Below are positions 54,680 to 64,000 of a stretch of 64,000 nucleotides of DNA, piece by piece. How positions within the stretch are numbered: the first letter of the stretch is position 1; each line of letters opens with the position of its first letter. The notes beneath the pieces are model-generated. The model made no database searches and was not told the origin of the DNA. It saw only the letters and a program-made list of their open reading frames with translations. Source of the stretch: the human T2T-CHM13v2.0 reference genome, Homo sapiens; assembly GCF_009914755.1 (NCBI RefSeq), contig NC_060929.1. One strand, given 5' to 3'. The position numbers and the translations under genes were made by a program.

Positions 54680-54930
54680 ATGTAAGTAGTCCTTGAGCCC
54701 TCATGTCATGCAGGGCACTGTGCCACATGTTTGACATGCACTATCTCATTTAATCCCTTGATCTTCAGTCCAGTGCTCTACCTCTGAGCTGTACCCTCTC
54801 CTTCATTTAATCCCTATAGGTAAGTGCCCTTATCATTCTCATTTCAGTGCAGAGGAAAGCTCAGGGAGGTGAACTGGTTTGCCACATATCACAAAGTTCA
54901 TAAGGGGCAGAGGCTGGAGTACATCAAACA
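54680..54930 (-). mobile_element. MIR SINE interrupted by a tRNA fragment
   Basis: ggcactgtgc, tatctcatttaatcc, tatcattctcattt and gctcagggaggtgaa motifs. Confidence 0.75.
54755..54798 (-). pseudogene. Tailless 5'-half tRNA-Cys-derived retropseudogene
   Basis: Reverse complement GAGGGTACAGCTCAGAGGTAGAGCACTGGACTGAAGATCAAGGG matches the recalled tRNA-Cys(GCA) 5' end GGGGGTATAGCTCAG(T/G)GGTAGAGCATTTGACTGCAGATCAAGAG; 13-bp TSD tcatttaatccct at 54746-54758 and 54803-54815. Confidence 0.85.
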
Positions 54931-55254
54931 GATATAGCTACAAAGAGGTGGAAAGGCTGGCCTTGCCATCACCAAGAGTTTGTGTCATATAGAGCTGCCC
55001 TGCAGTAATAGCTAGCACAACTGTACAGCTACAGAAGTGTAAAGCTGTACAAAGAAGGGTTACCTTTACAGCATTTCCCTAGCTTAGTGAAAAGGCAAGT
55101 CTTGAACTCTCACGATTTCCAGGAGCTGCGGTGCTCTATTGTTGAGTCATTTGAAATTCATTTTCACCCCGTTCCCTAAAAAACCTCAGTAATATCAACA
55201 CATCAGTGCACACACACAGGCACACACATACACACACTCTCTCACTCATTCATG

Positions 55255-55687
55255 AGAAAAAGAAAGATTTGTTCTGAGGAATTGGCTCATTCCAATTATG
55301 GAGGCCAAGACGTCCTGCAATCTACAGTCTGCAAGTTGGAGACCCGGGAAAGCCAGTTTGTGTAATTCAGTACAAGTCTGAAGGCCTGAGAACCAGAGGT
55401 GTAAATCCTAGCCCAAGGTTAGGAGAAGATGAGCTGAGTTGTCCCAGCTCACCAGTGAGGCAGAAAAAATAAGAGGAGGAAGACAGATGCCTTCTTCCTC
55501 TGGCTTTGGTTCAGGCCCTCTGTGACTGAATGATGCCCACCCACACTGGGGAAGGCAGGCTGTCTTATCAAGTATGCTGATTTGCATGTGAATCTCAGTC
55601 AGAAACACCCTCACAGATGCATCTAGAAATGTTTATTCTTGGCATCCTGTGGCCCAGTCAGGTTGACACATAAAGTTAATCATCAGA
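55255..55687 (-). mobile_element. MLT2-family (ERVL) LTR
   Basis: aggaattggctca..attatggaggc, aagtctgaaggcctgagaacc and ggcccagtcaggttgacacataaagttaa. Confidence 0.85.
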
Positions 55688-58600
55688 CATATACCTACTG
55701 GATGCCTATGATTTGTTAAGCAAAACCAAAACCACATTCTGCAGGGCACAGCTGATGATGTCCTTCTCACTTTTCCTCACTCAGGAACAACTGAAACAGG
55801 TGGCACCTTCGGAGACAAGATGGAGGCAGGATAGGGGAGGGGATGAGGATATAGACCATGGAGACTGACAGACCTGGGCCTTGATCCCAGTGCCACAGTT
55901 TCTTCATATAGAAGAGGAGGAGGATAATGCCAATCTCATGGGGGTGGATATAACAAGGAACAAGCAAAACCCCCAAAGGTGTTGATGCCTAAACATGCAG
56001 TATATTAAGTGCCTAGTAAATATTACTAAAGCAGTATTGCCAGGAGAATCAGTTTATTCCTTTCTAAGTTTGGTTAGAGGTGTTTCCAGATTTAGTCAAA
56101 GCAATCCAGTGGGTCAGCCCAGGAGCGAGTTCTGGAGCTCACAGCTCTGATGTGCAGGCCACTGACTGTTCTCACTACCTCATGCTCCATTATTAAAGAG
56201 TCCCATAGAGGGAGAGCATGTTCAAACAACCAAATCGTACTTAGATACACAAAAGTCTGATAAATTAGGGAAGTATTGGGAATGGTCTCATTTATAAGTG
56301 TTTTCCATTGGCTTCTTTTAGATACGAAGCTTTTTTGTGCTTTAATTCTTTTTCAAATTAAAGAACATGAATTTATGCACACCAGTTTTCTAATCTGTCC
56401 TCAGCATATCTAGCCAGTGTTATTTTTAACCACCGTTATTTGGCACATCATCTAATAGAGGTGGGCTGCTCATATCGCAGGCCCCTTCTATTTTCTGTGA
56501 AGTTCTCTCCTCTATACCCTGAACATTCTAATTCCTCCCATTGGAAGCATCCCGTCTTCCTCCTGTCTGATCACACCCTCCCTTTTCTTCAAGACTCTGT
56601 TTAAGATCCACGTGTTCTAAGAAGCCCTCATTTTGGGCCAGAGTCCTCTCCACCTGCTCTGATATTTGAAAATCGCATATGATATTCTTGAAAGCTTTAG
56701 AGCTCCAAAAAGCCTTCATCACTAAGCAAAGTGACTATAGCCCAAAGGTTCTGACTATCTGCGTGGCTATGCTGATCGAGAAAGACTGAGGCAGACTTAC
56801 TATGTCTTGGTGTCTCGCATAGGTTTTGAGGACAATTGAGATGCTGGAGATCATCAGCATCATGCCATTAGGAGATGGAAAGTCACCAAGAAGGAAAAGA
56901 AAAACACAGCATGTGCGCATGTGCAAACTTATTTATTTACTCAGTAAAGGGCATATAAGAAATCTATGCCAGGGAAGGTCAACAAGGGCAGTACCCTACT
57001 CTTTGATCATCATTTATCCAGGAAGCTCTTGATTTTTTTAAAAGAATAAAGCCCTAAACATTATGGAAATATACCTGTTTTCTGAGGTTTCATTAAATTA
57101 TACTTAAGTTCATTTTTCATGTGAAAAATGTGCTTCAGGCTTCAATATGATGAATCGTTTCCTCCTGTGTGACAGTGGTGGAGGAAGTTAATTTAGCACT
57201 GCCGCAGTAGTCCTGGTTGTCTCCTATTTTATTCTGGGGCTGTTGATTAATAGGATTACACTGGAGTGATTACAGCTGCCAATTTGTTTATCCCATCACT
57301 GGGGTCAGCGCTGAGGATCTTATTTCAGGTTTCTCTGGTTTTGAAACCTGGTTTGTCATGTTTGTAATGTAATAAACTTCTGCTGTATCATCACCCTTTG
57401 GAGTGTTCAACTAAGCTAAATGAACTCTCGAGCCATCCATGTTATGGGAATTTGAGTCATTTGTTCACAAAGTATTGATTGAGCACCAGTGGTGAGCAAT
57501 ATCTTATACTGTGCTGAGAAAATCAAGGCCATTGCACTTGATGCAAAGGGGGAGGCCAATTTATACTTTGGGAACCTGAGTATTGGCAAAGTGTAAGCAG
57601 TGGGAGATGGGGAGGCAACATGGTAAGTGACTAATACCTATCTAGGCTTTAGTATCATCAATAATAAAGTAAATAATTAGACCAAATAATTTTTTTGTAT
57701 TTATTCAGATTGTGGAACACTTTGCCATTTTGTGGAGTGTCAAGAAATACTGACACTTAGTTCCACTATGTAAACTAGGAGATATATTTTATAAGTATGT
57801 ATCTGCTGTATGATCCTGAGCATGGCATACTTAAAAATATGAGCTGCTGTGTCTAGGGAGCAGTACTTCCCTTAGACCTGGGCAAATGGGGCCTCTGCCC
57901 CAGGCCTTATCAATTGGGGTGTCTTGTGCCTTGACTGTGTCTTCCTTGAAATTTTCTAAATTCCCCTATGATGTCTGGAATGGTCCAGGGTTGGTAGTGC
58001 CATCCAGTCAGGGTGTCCTGAACCTGGGTTGGAACATGCATGGGCCTCCGTCTCCTTTTTTCCTTTTGGAAGTATTTGGAGCTCTCCACCACACATGACA
58101 GATTAACCAGATATCCTGAGGACCTGTGGAATTTGCACCTATGGTATCATCCCAGGGTTCCATGGCTGGACTCAAATGCCAGGACTCTGGTTTCAAAGGG
58201 TATCTTGGTAAGTTGATCACTCCTGCAAGCCCATGTAGTATTTCCTTTGTGAGCTCACACAAGATTAGGCTACGAGCATGGTGCCCATGTGATTGATGTG
58301 ATCATTCCAGGTAACTCTCACATATGTACACAGGATGAGCTCAGGGCCCTGCAGTACCCCTGGCACACTACCATCCCTTAGACCTGAGCCATGTATACGG
58401 ACCTATATACTGGCTCTTGCTTACCCATGTTGTGACTGCAGGTTCATCTCCATTCGGCAGTACAGAAGGCAGCAAGATTGGAGACAAGCGTCCTTTACCC
58501 ATAACCCCCCAGCTGCTGACAATAAGGAAAGTTGCCCCATCCTCTCCATACTACATGTTGGGCCATGCCTGGTAGTGGCTGCACCTATTTCCTCATAAGC

Positions 58601-60262
58601 ATTTTTAGACTGTGGCTCTGCAGTGCCAATGGGTCCTCCCAGCTGATATCCTCTCTTGCCTCTGATCGATGTGGTGACATCATACTCTCCCAACTTGGTC
58701 TTAAGGTATGTTGGATAAGCGAGAGACATTTCTTGCCCCCATGGAAACACTCCTTTTACCCCCACCTGGGTGGCTGTGTGTGGAAGGCAACAGTGTGTTC
58801 AACACTGAAAAAGATCACACTTTAATAATGCCAGGATTATGTTCTTAAGAGTTCAAAGAAGACAAGGGATTGGAGGATGTTTGTTCTGTTTTACACCATA
58901 CAATTTTGAAGAGTAAATTTAACACAATCAAAGAACAAATTATCATTTACATTTTTGTGCATCCTCTGAGTGAGACTTGCATGTGTAGGCATTGTCAGTA
59001 AAGCACAATAACAACTTTTGTGAGAGTCATTAGAAGCCAGTATTTATAGGCAGCACAATGAATGATGTGGTGTTAGGAGTAATAATGTAATCAGCATTAA
59101 ATAAATGGAGTTAGGGAACTGAAGAGGCAAGCAGGCCTACATTTTTAAGAATCTGAATAGGTTTGAAGAGCCATGGCATTGTGAGTAATAACAGCATTGC
59201 TACCTTTTTCTCCCAGAAGGCAGTATGAAAGAGCCAGGAATTAGGCATATGACAATAAAGAATGTGAATTGATGATTCCTCTTCCTGGACAGGAAGAGAT
59301 GGTGCTTTAACACTAAGAAGAATCTTCATATGCACTGATTGGAAAAGAAACCAATATATATCTCTTTTCTACTCATTATTCTGTCCTTTCATTGAAAAAT
59401 CACTATACCTTATACGAGCCCATGAATTCCTATTACGTTTTAAAGATCAAACTGCTAGTATAAGACAAGGCCCTGCAAAATTATTTGCCAAGTGTCCTTC
59501 ACTCCCTAGGGATGTCTTTGTTGGGTAGGATACTTAGTGGTACTCAGGAAATAAGATGCTCTCTGTGCTGCCCATTGGATAATTTGTTTTGAGCTTGGAC
59601 TCAAAGCTGGAATTAATTCTCCCCAACAAAAAAGGAGAGGAATATGAAGCACCCTATTTCTCAACAGAAAGAGAAAACAAACGAGGAAGAGGGTGAGGGA
59701 TAGAGAGAGCAGGAGACACCTGGAAGAGAAGGCTGCTTGGCTGCAGACATAGAAGAGAAATCACCCCTGGGATGGGAAGTTCTTGTTTATCTAAGAACAC
59801 TGGAGGAAAGCAAATTCTTGTAAGTAGAAGAAGAACACGCTATATTTTAAAATATCTGCATTATGTAGTTAGGAACACAGAGATTTAGCATTTTCTGTAA
59901 TGTAACCAGGAGGTTTTGGAGAATGACAAGTGGATCCATCCCAGAGCAGACTTAATGTGTGACAGATGACAGTGTGAGAGACAGTATATAAGGACGGTAG
60001 AAAATGAATGATGTGACACAAAGATAAATCCATGTTATCAGTGCACCAGGCACCACTCTTACTGAGGCAGTGTTTTTTTTGCCCAGATATCTTATATCTC
60101 TAATTCACTGTAATTTTTCAAATAATTATTGACAGATTCTTTACTCACATTTGCTGCTGTATTGTATCCACTTTTTTTCTGTGCTTGGAGGTTTGCATGT
60201 ATTCAAAGCAAGCAGGTGCATCCTTAGTATAACATCACTTACTTTGAGTTCTAATACTGTAA

Positions 60263-60616
<354 letters not shown>

Positions 60617-61479
60617 TCAAATAAAAAGGTCCCTCTTGTCTTCAGCTTTTTTCATAAGCATCAGCAGATTTTTGACTTTGATATTCTAGATTCATGTCAG
60701 TCTGTTTTATTTCTCTTACACTGTATGCTCCTACTTCCTTTTTCAAATACATGCCTGTGAAACTTTGTCCCCTTGGGGACTCCCTGTGCAGCCACCTTGG
60801 TTTCTTGATGCTCTTACTAATTGCAATTGTGGGCTACACCAGGTCTTGTCAGTTACACAGCTGCTTTTTCAACTTGTCTGACCCTTACTGCCTTCTTTCC
60901 TTCCCAAATTTTTGCAACAAGAATGTTGTTTTACACAGAAAAAGCTAAATCTCAGTAATCAAGGTGTCATAAATACCTCATGCTTGTTACGGTTTATAAC
61001 ATATATATTTGGGTATAGTTTTCATTGAATTCTTCCATTTTCTGCTAGTTTGATCAGCCAAGTTGTTTGTCATCATAATGGCAGGTTTGAGGTCAGGATG
61101 ATAAATGGATTGAAATTATCAAAGGGATAACTTCAAAAAGGTTTTGGACATTCAAATAAAAGGAAAGGAAAAGAACCTTTAGGGGACTCTTCATAAAACA
61201 AGTTCTTTCCCCAAATCACAAATAATTCTTGAACATTTGTTACTTTTCTTCAGAGATCTAGAAAGGAAAAATCACAGAACAAATGCCATGGATGTTTGCA
61301 AAACTGGAGTTCACTGTGGGCGGTGAGGTAAGGGACACCGTATGGAACTTGGAGAATCTTAATAAGTAGAAACTGCAGCCTCAAAAACCATGATCTGCCC
61401 CCCCTGGAATTTCCTGTGGGTGGTGAAGTAAGGGACATTGTGTGTGCCTTGGAGCATCAAAATTATTACAAGTAGAAGC

Positions 61480-61992
61480 TCTCACCTCTGTTAACTTCCC
61501 TTCCCACCACATTACCTGTCTGACCTCATCTCCCGTTACTCTCTCCCTTGTCTCTGCTCCAGTCCAGGCGGCATTTTCCCTGGTCTTTGGAAGACAGTTT
61601 GCCCTCAGGATGGCACAATTGCTGTCTCCTCTATTCTCAACATCTTTTCCAAGAAATTTACACTGTTTGCCTTCTCATTTCTTTCTGGTCTTCTATCAAA
61701 TTGCTTCAGCTCAATGTAACCTTTTTTTCCTGTCCACATTATGTAAAATTGGTATACACCTCCAATACACACACTTTGTGTTATTCTTCTTGGCTTTATT
61801 TTTCTTCTCACTATTATCACATCTATCGTTAGAAATACTTTATTTATTTATCTTGTTAATTTTTCCTTCTCATTCACCAGAGGTAAGCTTTGGAGGAAGA
61901 AGATATTTTCTGTTCTGATCATTGCTGTGTCCTCAGTCAATACAGTAGTACCTGAGACACAGCCCTGAATAAATGTTTGTTGAATGAATAAA
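61480..61992 (+). mobile_element. L2 LINE 3' end
   Basis: tgacctcatctccc..actctc and terminal aataaatgtttgttgaatgaataaa. Confidence 0.7.
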
Positions 61993-62469
61993 TAAAACCT
62001 CAACTAAAAGGGGCAATTGGTTACCTAAAATTTTGCTCTAATTTGTATATATTGGAGAAATCGTGTTATAATAGAATATGTTAAACTTAGGGGTTTCTTC
62101 CCCCCAAATTTAACTTTTTGTACCCTCATGGTAGGTGTTAGACTAAAAGTTAAACAAATAAAAACTCCAGTGTTTACCCACCATCTTTAAAAGTCTTGAT
62201 GAAACTGTGTAGCACTTTTCTTTGGAGGGTGGGACTACTTTCCCACTGTAGTTTTGGAGTCTCAGCTGAAATTAAGACAGGAAGTTTCATTTTATATCCT
62301 GTTGCATTAGTATTAACATATTTTTAAATTCATGCTAATCAGCATCATTGGTATAAAATGGAATAAAATGAATTTGTAGGGAGTGTTGCTCCCATGTATA
62401 TTCTAAAGCAAGTAGGAAAGCTCTCCACTTTTATCACCTTGCTTTCTACTCTACAACTTCCTAAAAAAA

Positions 62470-63175
62470 ATCTATTCTCCCACAGTTCTAGAGGCTGGAA
62501 GTCCAAGATCAAGGCGTCCACAGGGTCATACACCCTTTGAGACTTGTAGGGTGCATTAGTTTGCTAGGGCTACCATAAGTACCATGGATGTGGTGATTTA
62601 CACAGAGATTTATTTTCTTACAGTTCTGGAGGTTAGAAGTGTGAGATCAATGATTGGTTTATTCTGAGGCCTCTCTCTTTGTCTTGTAGGTGGCTGTCTT
62701 CTCCCTGTGTCTTTACAGCATCTTCCCTCCATATGTGTCTGTGTCCAAATTTCCTCTTATAAGTACAGCAATCATAGTGGATTGGGGCCCATCCTAATGC
62801 TTCATTTTAACTTAATTACCTCTTAAAGGCCCTATCTCCAAACAGTCACAAAGGTACTGGAGGTTTGAACTTCAGCACATGAATTTTGGGAGGACACAAT
62901 TCAGCCCATAACAAAGGGTATCCTTCCTATGTTCTGTTGGTTTTCTAGCAATCTTTGGCATTCCTTGGGTTATACATACATAACACCAATCTTCCATCTT
63001 TATGTGATATTCTCCTGGTGTCTCTTCACATCATTTTCCAGCTGTGAGCATCTGTTTCTCTGTTCAAGTCACCCCCTTTCATAAGGACACCAGTGATACT
63101 GGATTAGGTCCCATCCTAATGAACTCATTTTAACTTAATTAGCCCTGGAAAGACCCTATTGCTGAATAAGGTCAC
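62470..63175 (-). mobile_element. MLT1B/C-like LTR hosting nested MaLR insertions
   Basis: cacagttctagaggctggaagtccaagatcaagg; resumes at 62914 with gcaatctttggcattcctt and ataaggacaccagt. Confidence 0.7.
62552..62913 (-). mobile_element. MLT1A-like solo LTR nested in the older MLT1
   Basis: tgcattagtttgctagggct ... acacaattcagcccataaca; near-TSD taggg / aaggg. Confidence 0.8.
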
Positions 63176-64000
63176 TATATTACTCTGTTCTCAGGCTGCT
63201 AATAAAGACACACTCAAGACTGGGTAATTTATAAAGGAAAAAGTTTAATTGACTCACAGTTCAGCATGGCTGGGGAGGCCTCAGGAAACTTACAGTCATG
63301 GCAGAAGGGGAAGCAAACATGGCCTTCTTCATATGGCAGCAGCAAGCAGAAGAATGAGTGCCCAGTATAGGGGGAAGCCCCTTATAAAATCATCAGATCT
63401 TGTGAGAACTAACTCATTCTCATGAGAACAGGATGTAGGAATCCTCCCGCATGATTCAATTATCTCCACCGTGTCCCTCCCATGGCACATGGGGATTATG
63501 GGAACTACAATTCAAGATGAATTATGGGTGGGGACACAGCCAAACCATATCATTCTACCTCTGGCTTCTCCCAAATCTCATGTCCTCACATTTCAAAACC
63601 AATTATGCCTTTCCAACAAAGCCTTAACTCATTCCCCCAAAGCCTTAACTCATTAAGGAATTAACTCAAAAGTCCACAGTCCAAAGTCTCATCTGAGACA
63701 AGGCAAGTCCCTTCCACCTATGAGCCTGTAAAATCAAAAGCAAGTTAGTTACTTCCTAGATACAATGGGGGTACAGGCATTGAGTGAACACACCCATTCC
63801 AAATGGGAGAAATTGGCCAAAACAAAGGGGTTATTGGCTCCACGCAAGTCCAGAATCCAAAAAGGCAGTCATTAAACCTTAAAGTTCCAAAATGATCTCC
63901 TTTGACTCCATGTCTGATATCCAGGTCACGCTGATGCAAGAGATGGGCTCCCATAGCCTTGGGAAGCTTTGCTCCTGTGGCTTTGCAGGGTACAGCCTCC
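63176..64000 (-). mobile_element. THE1 provirus, partial at the window edge (LTR 63176-63552, internal from 63553)
   Basis: LTR ending gggacacagccaaaccatatca followed by THE1-int sequence homologous to 28881 onward. Confidence 0.92.

Noticed and set aside
54755-54798. Functional tRNA-Phe gene (GAA anticodon)
   Set aside because: No T-arm/B-box or 3' acceptor strand, and the 5' end matches tRNA-Cys; treated as a pseudogene fragment
57886-58825. Several overlapping ORFs in a GC-richer patch
   Set aside because: No recognisable protein family or consistent frame; possibly an old repeat that I cannot identify
61442-61918. 158-aa hydrophobic ORF resembling a membrane protein
   Set aside because: Starts at GTG, lies in a pyrimidine-rich L2 remnant and has no recognisable domain
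63617-63655. 17-bp direct duplication caaagccttaactcatt (also aatagtttgtta at 12948 and 12972)
   Set aside because: Routine slippage duplications within repeats

Overview
Primate (human-like) AT-rich, CpG-poor non-coding DNA dominated by interspersed repeats. I count 11 Alu/FAM SINEs, several L1 remnants including a nested ~9.4 kb L1 stack at 17.2-26.7 kb, and many MaLR/ERV LTRs. One THE1 provirus is complete, with a 5-bp TSD. There are also MIR/L2 fragments and hAT MITEs. I can support no protein-coding gene: the longer ORFs in the track are L1 ORF2, Alu, THE1-int or microsatellite read-throughs. Repeat orientation bias and one clean splice-bounded 69-nt segment suggest the window lies inside a + strand transcription unit. 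I found no new multi-gene system. The most notable unexplained structures are a 131-bp locally templated inverted insertion with an adjacent 19-bp inverted flank copy inside an MST LTR, a TSD-flanked tailless 5'-half tRNA-Cys retrocopy inside a MIR, a nested quasi-palindrome near 2.0 kb and a MER91-type inverted pair of CTCF-like motifs. Repeat subfamily names are from my recall of consensus sequences, boundaries of old repeats are approximate, and both need RepeatMasker/Dfam confirmation.
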